Shown here piece after piece: positions 36,667 to 45,483 of a DNA stretch of 64,000 nucleotides. The notes below the pieces were generated by a model. That model was not told where the DNA came from and did not search any database. It worked only from the letters and a program-made list of their open reading frames with translations. The stretch is from an uncultured Gemmatimonadales bacterium (GTDB lineage Bacteria > Gemmatimonadota > Gemmatimonadetes > Longimicrobiales > RSA9), in the NCBI GenBank assembly GCA_963708135.1, contig OY970192.1, positions 4,704,001 to 4,768,000 on the forward strand, read 5' to 3'. Position 1 is the first letter of the stretch. Each line of letters begins with the position of its first letter. The translations under genes were made by a program, and so were the position numbers.

Positions 36667-38357
36667 CGGTCGAGCGCGAAGAACTTCGGGTCGTTCGGCG
36701 CCGTGCGGAGCACAACAGCGGCCGACTTGTTGTTCGCGCGGAGCTTGCCGGGCACCGGTTCGACGATGACCTGCACGTCGTAGACCCAGTAGTCGAGCAG
36801 AATCTTCCGCTCCTCCTCACCCAGGCCCGGCCACGCGTCTGCGAGGTTGCGCGTCTCGCTGATGATGGTGGACAGGCGGTCCCACGCGTCTTCACGCGAC
36901 CGCGCGAACTTCTCCGCGTCCTTGAGCTCGGTGCGCGCAGCCGTCAGCTGCTGCTGGACAGCCCGCGCCTCCTTCTCGAACGCCTTGCTGTCGAAGTTCT
37001 CGTCGGCCGTGAGCACGGCCAGCGTGCGAGCGAGCTTGCTGTTCTGCCGCTCGAGGCGCTCGACCTCCTCCCTGGCCGACGCGACGGCCTCGTCCGCCTG
37101 CTTCCGGAACTCGTCGCGCTCCAGAATCGCCTGACGGACGAGGTCCTCGAACTCGGCGGAACCGCGCTCCGCGGCGATGAGGTCCTTGATGCCGTTCTCC
37201 AGTTCCTCCGCGTCCACGTACCAGACCTTGCAGCCGCACTCCATGAACCGCTGGTGCGCCTCCGCGTCCATGCGCTTCTTCGGCTTGGTGTGGACGTACG
37301 AGCGGGTGCGGCCCTGCGCCTCGGCGAGCCTGCCGCCGTGGTACTCGCCACCGCAATGGGCGCAGCCGGGCTTCAGGGGGAAGCCGCCCCGCTTCTTGCG
37401 CTTGGCGTTACGCGGCTGACGGTTCCGCTGCTCGAGCTCCTTCTCGACGGCCCTGAACAGGTCGACGTCCACGAACGGCTCCCACTTCGCCGTCACACGC
37501 ACGGGGTTCTTCTCGCCCGCGGGCGTGTACTCCACGAGGCCGATGAGGCCCGGGTTCGTGAGGAAGTTCTTGATGCTGCGGTGCCCGAGCTTGCCGCGGC
37601 GGGGACCGCGAACGCCGGCCTCTGTGAGCATGTCACCCACGGCGTCGAGGGATGCACCGGCGATGATACGGTTCGCGCACACCTCCCAGCGGGCCAGCAC
37701 CGGCTGGTCCGCAACCAGGACAGTCCCGCCGCCGCCGGGGGTGGACTGCTGTCCCTTGCTGAGAATCTTGCCGGTCCGCGTATCCATGCGCTTCGTGCCC
37801 CACGGTGCCGCGCCGCCCGTCCACCAACCCTGCGAGGCGTGATTGCCCATACCGCGCTTGACGTTGTTGGAGAGGTTGGTCGAGTAGATGGCCGCTGCGT
37901 ACGCGTAGAGCGCCATGGTGACGATGTCCGCCAGGTTGTCACCAACGCGGTTCACGGTGACGAAGTGGAGCTGCCACCCGGCCGACTCGAACTCCCCGTA
38001 CATGGACAGGAAGGCGAGGATGTCGGGCTTTCCGTCCTCGTCGAGGACGCGACCGAAACGCGAGGGGTCGTAGATATAGATGATTCCGGGGTCCGACTTG
38101 GGGCGCCGGTTCGCGCGGCAGAACTCACGGAGCTGCGAGAGCTGGTCGCGGTCGAACGTCGTACCCGTGCAGCTGTCGGCGAACCACCAGTTGTCGTCGA
38201 ACACGCCGAACTTGGACAGGATGGCTTCCTTCTGCTGGTCGTGTGAAGCGACCTGCCGCTCCTCACCCGTCGTGCTCTTCCGCGTGTAGAACAGGACTGC
38301 CGGGATGAGGCCGGCGGCAGCCGCAATGCGCTCGACCCAGGAACGAAACTTCTTCAT
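36123..38357 (-). CDS. Large serine recombinase (integrase)
   Basis: YTRKST catalytic Ser, D.SRFGR, recombinase domain, CAHCGG zinc ribbon and coiled coil; last ~180 codons run antisense to queG. Confidence 0.9.
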   Translation of the reverse strand: MKKFRSWVERIAAAAGLIPAVLFYTRKSTTGEERQVASHDQQKEAILSKFGVFDDNWWFADSCTGTTFDRDQLSQLREFCRANRRPKSDPGIIYIYDPSRFGRVLDEDGKPDILAFLSMYGEFESAGWQLHFVTVNRVGDNLADIVTMALYAYAAAIYSTNLSNNVKRGMGNHASQGWWTGGAAPWGTKRMDTRTGKILSKGQQSTPGGGGTVLVADQPVLARWEVCANRIIAGASLDAVGDMLTEAGVRGPRRGKLGHRSIKNFLTNPGLIGLVEYTPAGEKNPVRVTAKWEPFVDVDLFRAVEKELEQRNRQPRNAKRKKRGGFPLKPGCAHCGGEYHGGRLAEAQGRTRSYVHTKPKKRMDAEAHQRFMECGCKVWYVDAEELENGIKDLIAAERGSAEFEDLVRQAILERDEFRKQADEAVASAREEVERLERQNSKLARTLAVLTADENFDSKAFEKEARAVQQQLTAARTELKDAEKFARSREDAWDRLSTIISETRNLADAWPGLGEEERKILLDYWVYDVQVIVEPVPGKLRANNKSAAVVLRTAPNDPKFFALDRQAAIAADNSSSTAASVSTDAAADSADLASAEPTLPSAQAACARTNGSGSDNARESTATASGEPQLPSPTHTLRANPALPERRIAEPRENESHAASSRDISSSAISEGDRVPGCDRDAPATSCTPNGASPGPRDANAGSDDGRENLRVYGQHSWQMSQPYTRLRMAGRSCSGIGPRCSIVR

Positions 38358-38387
38358 GTGGACCTGCCTTCTGGAGCCACGCTCCGT

Positions 38388-38609
38388 TTAGTCGCTCAGT
38401 GCCTTGAGCAGGTGGTTAGCGATGACCTCTGCTGAACGGCGCCGGAACACCCTGTCCTGCGCTTCGTCGTCCAGCCGGGCCTGAACTGCCTTTGCGCGCT
38501 TCTCGAGCGCCTTCGGCGAAATGAGGCCGGCGAGCCGGTGGGGCAGAGCCGAGCCACGGGGCTGCGCCGCAGCCCCCTGATTCAGCGTCGATTCTGCCTT
38601 CGTGCTCAT
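38388..38609 (-). CDS. Small hypothetical protein upstream of the serine integrase
   Basis: 73-aa ORF with ATG and GAAGG upstream, co-oriented, 30 nt before the integrase. Confidence 0.5.
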   Translation of the reverse strand: MSTKAESTLNQGAAAQPRGSALPHRLAGLISPKALEKRAKAVQARLDDEAQDRVFRRRSAEVIANHLLKALSD

Positions 38610-38798
38610 TGCCTTCGGTCCGCCGTCCTGCTGTGCTCGGCTGGTCCCCGTGACCGCCGTATGAGCACTCTGTGGGCTTTTGAAGGCGACCCGGTAGTGG
38701 GGGGGTCAGGTCACGGCCGGGCGGGCCCCGGATGGCGCCGGGTTTCGGCTCTGCCCGACCACCGGACGCGGCAAGGAACGCCCGGGCGGCCAGCCGAA

Positions 38799-39917
38799 TC
38801 ACCGGACGTTCCTTCGGAGGCTGGCCGGCATGCAGATGTCGTCAGGACGCAGGGTGTAGCAGGTGCCGGGACGGGCTTCCACGTCCAGCAGTCGAAGCAG
38901 CGCGAGGTCAACAGCGGCCTGTATCCAGCCGAGTCCGGCGCGGGGTGTCACCTCGCTTGGCGCGTTCGCGACTGCCGCCGCCACGTACGCGAGTACCGAA
39001 TCAGGGACGGTGATGCCGAACCCGAATGCCTCGGCCGCCCTCACTGCCTTTACAGCGGCAGTCCGATAGATGGGTACCAGTTGGTGCGGCTCCAGGCGGC
39101 TGAACGGCACAATCATGGGGAACCGGCTCGCGAACTCCGGCAGGTAGCCGTACGCGACCAGGTCGCTTGGACCGGGGTCGGCGGGAAGTCCCTCGAACGC
39201 ACCGGCCGCGATGACCAGCATGTCGTCAGTCACGACCGAAACAGCTCGGCCCCGGTCCCCGTCCTCGGGGAAGCGAACCGGTACTCCTCCGGAGGCCAAG
39301 GTCAGCAGGCTGACCTGTTGACCGCGCTTGTGCTGTTTGCTGGTGCCCTGGGCATCACGGATTGCGACCTTGCAGGCTTCGTCCAACACGATGACGGCCC
39401 GCTGCATGACTTCGAGGTCGCGGTCGCACGTGGCGTAGAGTTCCGCCAACGCCGCATTCGCGTTGACGCCTGACCACCCGGCTTCTGAAGACGTACTGAT
39501 GTCCCATACGAGCGCCGGACACGACATGGCGCGCGCGAGTGCGACGAGAGTCGAGCTCTTACCCGAGCCGCTCGGTCCAATGACCAATGCCCGGTTACCG
39601 CCCCCCAGATGCACGTGCCGCGCACCGATGAGGCACAGTGCGTCCACGGCTGCGTCCTGACCGACAATGTCTGCGCGCAAGTGTCGGCGAATCTCACGGA
39701 ACGCAGCCGCCATAACGCCCGCCGGCGGCGGAGTGACTTCAGGTTCAGAGCTGTGCGTCACGACGGCTCCACATTCGCAACGCGGCCTTTCTGGCGCCCC
39801 TCGCACCGCGGGTCCGAGGCCGGCTGAACAGAAGGGACAGTTGACGGTCAGCGCCGATATGACCAGTTCGCGCTCATGGTTGCCGTCGGCCAACCAGTAC
39901 CTGCGTCGTGCACGCAT
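38799..39917 (-). CDS. ClpX/HslU-like AAA+ ATPase with N-terminal Cys4 zinc finger
   Basis: CPFC...CEC, IVGQD.A, GPSGSGKS, IVLDEACK, AGAF.GL and G..PEF.SRFP; AGGAGG before the ATG at 39917. Confidence 0.8.
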   Translation of the reverse strand: MRARRRYWLADGNHERELVISALTVNCPFCSAGLGPAVRGAPERPRCECGAVVTHSSEPEVTPPPAGVMAAAFREIRRHLRADIVGQDAAVDALCLIGARHVHLGGGNRALVIGPSGSGKSSTLVALARAMSCPALVWDISTSSEAGWSGVNANAALAELYATCDRDLEVMQRAVIVLDEACKVAIRDAQGTSKQHKRGQQVSLLTLASGGVPVRFPEDGDRGRAVSVVTDDMLVIAAGAFEGLPADPGPSDLVAYGYLPEFASRFPMIVPFSRLEPHQLVPIYRTAAVKAVRAAEAFGFGITVPDSVLAYVAAAVANAPSEVTPRAGLGWIQAAVDLALLRLLDVEARPGTCYTLRPDDICMPASLRRNVR

Positions 39918-39991
39918 GTAGCCTCCTTGTTGCGTGTCCGGCACAGGCTACCCGGCCGGATTCGCAGGCAGGAATCCGACCGGGCCCTAGT

Positions 39992-40213
39992 CTAGCGGCG
40001 GCCAGCGGCCGGCCGCGGGCTGGCTGTGTAGGTGGGGCCGTCGAGCGCGCGTGTGAGCGACTCCATGTATTCATCGAGTTCCTCGATGCGCAGCTGGAGT
40101 GCTTCCAGTTCAGCGATTCTGACGCGGCGCTCGATGAGCGCATTGGCGCGGTCGCGATGCGCCGTCTGGAGCTGGGCGGTGAGACGATCGCGATGTGACT
40201 TCGACCTGTTCAT
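39992..40213 (-). CDS. Small coiled-coil hypothetical protein
   Basis: 73 aa with heptad-like L/I/E pattern; co-oriented with the ATPase. Confidence 0.45.
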   Translation of the reverse strand: MNRSKSHRDRLTAQLQTAHRDRANALIERRVRIAELEALQLRIEELDEYMESLTRALDGPTYTASPRPAAGRR

Positions 40214-40410
40214 GGCGGGAGGTGGTTAGAGGTGGGAGGTGGGAGGTGGGATACCGCGGGTACGACCATCACTACCTGCTCGTCGTTGCAAACAGCAAGC
40301 GGTCCGTCAACGAGGATGACCGGCGGATTCCTCCGAACGGCCCGCGTCGGGTAGGCTCCACTGTGAGCGTTCGAGTGTGACACGCCGCACTGGACCCGGA
40401 GGAGCCTGCG

Positions 40411-40797
40411 ATGACGATTGCGGAACTACTTCAGCGCTGGACCGACGAAGCTGCACAGCTACGTGAGCGGTACGGCATGGAGGCGGCGGCACGTCTGTGC
40501 GACGCGCACGTGCGTGAACTGACTGCAGCGCTGCACGCGCGCCAGGACGAACTGCTGACCATCGCAGCCGCTGCGGTGGAAACTCGCTACTCAACCCAAC
40601 ATCTCCGTGCGCTCATCGCAGAGGGCGCCATTCCGAATGCCGGTTCAAAGGGACGACCACGTATCCGCCGGGCCGACCTTCCTCCGCCGAAGAGCGTCTC
40701 CTCACGTGTGCGTGCGGCTGCGGCCGACAGCCGCCAGCGAAATCAGGCGAACCGAAAGAAGGTGTTCGATGCGAGCCGGATCGTACGCCGTCCATGA
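40411..40797 (+). CDS. Excisionase-like helix-turn-helix protein
   Basis: LLTIAAAAVETRYSTQHLRALIAEGAIP...RIRRADL resembles the HTH_17/Xis pattern; GGAGG RBS; directly upstream of an integrase. Confidence 0.7.
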   Translation: MTIAELLQRWTDEAAQLRERYGMEAAARLCDAHVRELTAALHARQDELLTIAAAAVETRYSTQHLRALIAEGAIPNAGSKGRPRIRRADLPPPKSVSSRVRAAAADSRQRNQANRKKVFDASRIVRRP

Positions 40798-40894
40798 CGT
40801 GACTTGGCGGCGGCCCGGAAGCGGGAGTAGGGTCGAGGTGCGGCTACGAATCAGCGTCGTCCGCAATGCCACTCAACCATAAGGACACCAGCAC

Positions 40895-42589
40895 ATGGCA
40901 CAGTCGAGTCCAACCACCCGTAAGCGTCGCGGTAAGGCGAAGCGCGCGAGCAAGGGCAGCAAGGTCGTCCGTGAGGTCACGTCCGGAGAGGTCGTCGTCC
41001 ACGTGAAGAAGCGCGTGGACGGTCGCGGATGGCTCTTCTACGCCGAATTCCTGCATCCCACGAAGGGTCGTCAGCGGCCGTCGCTGCAGACTGATGACCT
41101 GGAGGAGGCGGTGCGGAACGCGCAGGAGATCGCGGACGAGTTGGCCCTCCTGATCGAGAGCGGTTCCGTCGAGCACCTCGCCGCGATCAGCCAGTCGCGA
41201 GTAACGCTGGGACAGGTGTTCGACGAGTACCGACGGGAGCAGCTGCCGAACTACATCGAGAGTGACGGCCGTCCGAACGGTCACTGGGTCAACATGGACC
41301 GCGTTATCCGCGTCGCAGAGGGTATCTGGGGCCGCGATCAGGTCGTATGTGAACTGGGACCCTCCCAGGTCGCTCGGCTGAAGGCGGCACGGCTCGCGGG
41401 CGGTGTGACGATTGTCGGCCGCGTGCTGCCCGACCAGTTCGATCGGCTCATCATGCCGGCGGAGCCGACTGTCCTCAAGCCCTGCGGCCCGCGAACGGTG
41501 CGCGGCGAGATCGCGCTGCTGTCCGTGCTCTTCAACTGGGCCAGGCGCCACAAGGTGAAGGGGGGACGCGGTCGCAAGCTGCTCGGCGACAATCCACTGC
41601 ACGGCATCCCATTCAAAGCGGGGGTGGAGGAGCCGAAGCGCCCGCTGATGACCCAGAAGCGGTACGACGTCATGCTGCAATACGCTCCCGAAGTCGAAGC
41701 GATCACGCGGGGTGAAATCGAGTACCAGCGGCACTTCAAGGATGGTCGCGTGGTGCTATCGCGGAACCCGTCAGGCCGGCGCGGGCGGAAGTTCGCGAAG
41801 ATGCCTCGTGGCTTCCTGGTGACGCTGCTCATGCTGGCTCGTGGCACATGGCATCGCATCGAATCGCTGCGGGGGCTGAGAGTCGGCGACATCCTGCTGA
41901 CCCACGATCAGATGCGGCGCAAGCTGCTCGACCTCGGTTGGCCTGAAGAATGGGCTGACGAGTGGCCGTGGGGGGCGATCTACTGGAATCCCGAGTTCGA
42001 CAAGGAAGGCTACAGCCGCGTCGTGGCCATCTCGAAGCGGCTTCATGACCAGCTCGTTCTCTACCTGCGCGAACTCGGCACGATCGACCCCAACGCGTGG
42101 CTCTTCCCCTCGCCGTCCAAGCGTGGCAGGCATGTCAGCAATGGGCAGGTGTGGCGCTGGTTCCGCCGTATCGAGCGAGTGGCGGCAGCGAATGGCGCCG
42201 ACCTCCTTCCGCTGAAGTACGGGGCGTTCCACCCGTTCCGCCGCCAAGGCAGGAGCGAGAGGGCCGGCCATTTCGATGACAAACTCATCGCGCTGTGCGG
42301 CGGCTGGCAGCGTTTCAAGGACAGCCAGGAAGCTATGAACCAGGGCTACCTACAGTACAGCGCGCGGGCTCTGTACCTCTGCGTCGAGTTCGACGTGACG
42401 CGCGACGTTCCGGATGACGGCTGCGTGCCCGGCGTGAACATCACCGTGAACGCGCCGCCGGCGCCTCGCGCCGTCGAGGCCGAAACGGCCACGATAGGCG
42501 CACAGAATAGTCACACGCTCACGCCGGCGAACTCGATGGGGCCCCGCAAGATCGTGCCGCTCAAGACGTTGAACGAGCGGGCCTCATAA
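40895..42589 (+). CDS. Tyrosine recombinase/integrase
   Basis: Arm-binding-like N-terminus; R (HRIESL.GL.VGDI), K (FDKEG), HxxR (FHPFRR), W (GGW) and Y (QGYLQY). Confidence 0.85.
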   Translation: MAQSSPTTRKRRGKAKRASKGSKVVREVTSGEVVVHVKKRVDGRGWLFYAEFLHPTKGRQRPSLQTDDLEEAVRNAQEIADELALLIESGSVEHLAAISQSRVTLGQVFDEYRREQLPNYIESDGRPNGHWVNMDRVIRVAEGIWGRDQVVCELGPSQVARLKAARLAGGVTIVGRVLPDQFDRLIMPAEPTVLKPCGPRTVRGEIALLSVLFNWARRHKVKGGRGRKLLGDNPLHGIPFKAGVEEPKRPLMTQKRYDVMLQYAPEVEAITRGEIEYQRHFKDGRVVLSRNPSGRRGRKFAKMPRGFLVTLLMLARGTWHRIESLRGLRVGDILLTHDQMRRKLLDLGWPEEWADEWPWGAIYWNPEFDKEGYSRVVAISKRLHDQLVLYLRELGTIDPNAWLFPSPSKRGRHVSNGQVWRWFRRIERVAAANGADLLPLKYGAFHPFRRQGRSERAGHFDDKLIALCGGWQRFKDSQEAMNQGYLQYSARALYLCVEFDVTRDVPDDGCVPGVNITVNAPPAPRAVEAETATIGAQNSHTLTPANSMGPRKIVPLKTLNERAS

Positions 42590-42771
42590 ACGGCGACTAC
42601 GACGTCAACGGAATCACAAGAACGCTATAGGGGCAAGTTTTCCAGCAATCACGCCGAAATCCATCTCAGATCCGCGACGTTCCCCCTCCAGATCCGCACC
42701 TTTCCGCACTCCCGCAGTCACACACGTTGTCACACTAACTGCCTTCCCCGCACCTGCCTCGACCGCCCTCC

Positions 42772-43434
42772 ATGTCCATCACTCCGCAACAGCACGCGGT
42801 GTATCGAGCGGCCCTCGACGTCGCCGACAGCATCGACCCCAGCGGCCGCTTCCGCGCCATCCTGCATCTCCTCCGGTGCGCCGGTGGCGAGCAGATCGGC
42901 CGGATGCTGTCGCTGCGGCTCGACGCTGTCGGCTTCGTCAGGCCCTCGACTGCCAGGGCCCGCAGCAGCACCGCGCGAGGTCAGGAACTGGAACTGTTCA
43001 ATGGTTGCACAATCGTCCTGGACGAAGAAGCCGTCGCTGAACTGCATCTGTATGCTCGGCGCAGGTCTCGTCACGTGCGCATGCGCCTCGTCCAGCGACG
43101 GGAGCGCAGCTCGCTCTGGTATGCTCATGTGATCTGTGCAGGAGGCCATGCATTCACATCCCTCGGAACCCATGACCACGAGGTGGCGCGCCAGCGTGCG
43201 CGTGAGCGGCGCATGGAACTGGCCTGCACTGCCCGAAGCCGCGGATGCCGGTTTCTCTTTCCGGCCAGCTGGAAACGCGATACGCACGTGAGCGTGGGCG
43301 AACTCCGTCAGTGGATCAATGCCGCTGTGGGTCGCGGATCCCTGGGCTCGACTCGCGAGGCGTGTGAGCAGACTCGCCCGATACATCGCATCCAGGAGCG
43401 CCGGCGGCGGAAGGACAATGACCCACCCACCTGA
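42772..43434 (+). CDS. Hypothetical protein resembling a degenerate, rearranged tyrosine recombinase
   Basis: Segments resemble the upstream integrase (see findings) but catalytic R, HxxR and Y are absent. Confidence 0.45.
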   Translation: MSITPQQHAVYRAALDVADSIDPSGRFRAILHLLRCAGGEQIGRMLSLRLDAVGFVRPSTARARSSTARGQELELFNGCTIVLDEEAVAELHLYARRRSRHVRMRLVQRRERSSLWYAHVICAGGHAFTSLGTHDHEVARQRARERRMELACTARSRGCRFLFPASWKRDTHVSVGELRQWINAAVGRGSLGSTREACEQTRPIHRIQERRRRKDNDPPT

Positions 43435-43536
43435 ACGTATCGCGCCGCGCAGCCGCGCAGCCGCGTGCCGGGGCGGATTCCGCGCAGCGGCCGACACCGG
43501 GTAGGAGTGTTCCCGGACTCGCAACCGGGAGAGATC

Positions 43537-43731
43537 ATGAGACACTGGGATCACGCGTCGTTCGAGCACGCACGCATCGGTGAGGACCTCGGCAGCGTCA
43601 TCGATGAGATCGTGGGGCTCTACGTCGAGCTCGAGGGGGCGAAGGTGGCAGAGCGGGCAACGCTGCGCCGGAAACTCGCGGCGGCCGGCTTTCGCCTGAA
43701 TCGTCTCGCCGCCCGACGGAGGACCGCATGA
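43537..43731 (+). CDS. Small hypothetical protein
   Basis: GGGAGAG before the ATG at 43537; stop overlaps the xseA frame start (ATGA). Confidence 0.45.
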   Translation: MRHWDHASFEHARIGEDLGSVIDEIVGLYVELEGAKVAERATLRRKLAAAGFRLNRLAARRRTA

Positions 43732-45119
43732 TCCAGCGACAATGTGCGCCGCGGCGTGGTGTGAGCACGCTCGGCCTCACCGCTGAGCATCCGATCCCGG
43801 TGTCGCTGGCCGTGCCGCGCGTGGCCGCCGTCGTAGACCAGCACTGCGGCACCCCATACTGGTTCAGCGGCGAGCTGTCATCGCTGCGGCCGGGTCGTGG
43901 CTCGTGGATGTTCGGGTCCGTGTCCGACGGCGATGCACGGCTCGACGTCCGCATTGGGCCGGGAACACGGCACGACCTCAATTCCGATTCCGTAGGCCGC
44001 TTGGTCGTGTTCAGGGGCGCGCTGCGTCTGGACCGAGCGGCCCGGCTTAGTGTGGCCGTCATCGAAGCAGTCAGCGTGGACGCCCAGGGAGTGCGCCTGC
44101 TCGTCCGTGAGGATGTCCGACGCCGTCTGGTGGCGGAGGGCGTTCTCGGGCGGCAACACAGGCTTCTTCCAGAGTGGCCCGCCACTATCGCCGTTGTGAC
44201 GGCCGCCCGGGGCGCAGCTGTCGAGGACATCCGCGCGGTTGTCATGCGCCGCGCGCCGTGGGTTCAGCTGGTGATCTGTGACTCAGCGGTCCAAGGTCGC
44301 AACGCGCCGGCGTCGCTGACGCGTGCGCTGACCGCAGCGGCCGCCTCAGGTGCAGAAGTAGTGCTTCTCACGCGTGGCGGCGGCGCCGCGGAGGACTTGG
44401 CCGTGTTCGATGACGAACTCGTGGTTCGCGCCGTCGCGGCCTCATGCGTGCCGGTCGTCTGCGCGGTCGGGCACCAGATGGACCGCACGCTCTGCGACGA
44501 CGTTGCGGACGTCTCCGTCGCCACACCCACTGCGGCGGCCGAGCACGTCACGCCTGACCGGAATGCGCTGAAGCGGGAACTCGAACAGCTGCGGATGCGC
44601 GCTCGCGACGGCGCGAAGCGCCTCTTGCGAGCCAAGGACGCAGAGCTTCGGGGTATGGCGAGACACGCGATGCCGGCCATGGCGCGACTGCTCGAGCTGC
44701 TCGAGAACCGCTTGAGTGCATCGGGGCCACCGGTGCTGGAGCAGCGGATGCATCGTGCGGTCGATGCCCGGCGCCGGGCTGCCGACGATGCACTTCTCCG
44801 CTGCCAACGGGCCTCTGTGTCTCTGGTCCGCACTGCGCTCACCGACGTTGAACGGACGCGTGGACGGCTTCTTACCGCAAGGCAGCACTTCCTCATGTCT
44901 GCAACGAGGAACCTGGAGCATCAGTGGACGCACATCGCCGTGCTTTCACCGCAACGGGTTCTCGACCGCGGTTACGCGATTGTGCGAAGCCACGGGGCTC
45001 TGTGCCGCTCGACTGCGGATGTCGGCCCGGGAGCGACGGTGCACATCCGCTTCGCAGATGGAGTTGTTTCGGCGACGATTACCAACATCGCACCTTCGAC
45101 GAAAGGACGGGCTGCATGA
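43728..45119 (+). CDS. xseA: Exodeoxyribonuclease VII large subunit (divergent copy)
   Basis: W..GELS, IAVVTA..GAA..DI, VQG..A, RGGGA.EDL..FD.E, AVGH..D.TL.D.VAD....TPTAAAE and LSP..VL.RGY. Confidence 0.9.
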   Translation: MIQRQCAPRRGVSTLGLTAEHPIPVSLAVPRVAAVVDQHCGTPYWFSGELSSLRPGRGSWMFGSVSDGDARLDVRIGPGTRHDLNSDSVGRLVVFRGALRLDRAARLSVAVIEAVSVDAQGVRLLVREDVRRRLVAEGVLGRQHRLLPEWPATIAVVTAARGAAVEDIRAVVMRRAPWVQLVICDSAVQGRNAPASLTRALTAAAASGAEVVLLTRGGGAAEDLAVFDDELVVRAVAASCVPVVCAVGHQMDRTLCDDVADVSVATPTAAAEHVTPDRNALKRELEQLRMRARDGAKRLLRAKDAELRGMARHAMPAMARLLELLENRLSASGPPVLEQRMHRAVDARRRAADDALLRCQRASVSLVRTALTDVERTRGRLLTARQHFLMSATRNLEHQWTHIAVLSPQRVLDRGYAIVRSHGALCRSTADVGPGATVHIRFADGVVSATITNIAPSTKGRAA

Positions 45120-45352
45120 GCACAGCGTTGGCAACGCGGAACGGTAGCCAGAGTGAGTACCGGACGCATCTGCGGGCTCTCGAGCACGCGGCCGCGCAGC
45201 TCGAGCGCGGCGACCTCGACCCCGAGCAGGCGTTGGAGGTCTATCGTGACGCACTTCGGAGGTACGAAGCGGCCAGGGTTATACTCGACGCGGTGGCCGA
45301 GGCGTTCGTTCGCGTGGAAGGCGGGGCGGACAAGACAAACACCACACAGTAG
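45116..45352 (+). CDS. xseB: Exodeoxyribonuclease VII small subunit
   Basis: Y...L..LE.....LE.G.L..E.AL..Y.........L pattern; ATGA overlap with xseA. Confidence 0.8.
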   Translation: MSTALATRNGSQSEYRTHLRALEHAAAQLERGDLDPEQALEVYRDALRRYEAARVILDAVAEAFVRVEGGADKTNTTQ

Positions 45353-45483
45353 GAGTCCCATGATCTGATTGCCAAGACTGGTTGGAGGGGTGGCCGGGCC
45401 TGCTGTCTGTGGAGGCAAGGCGCGGATATGCCCGCCTGCCGCCGGCCCGGCCGGCACCTCTTCCGACGAAGGAAGGTCGTACC

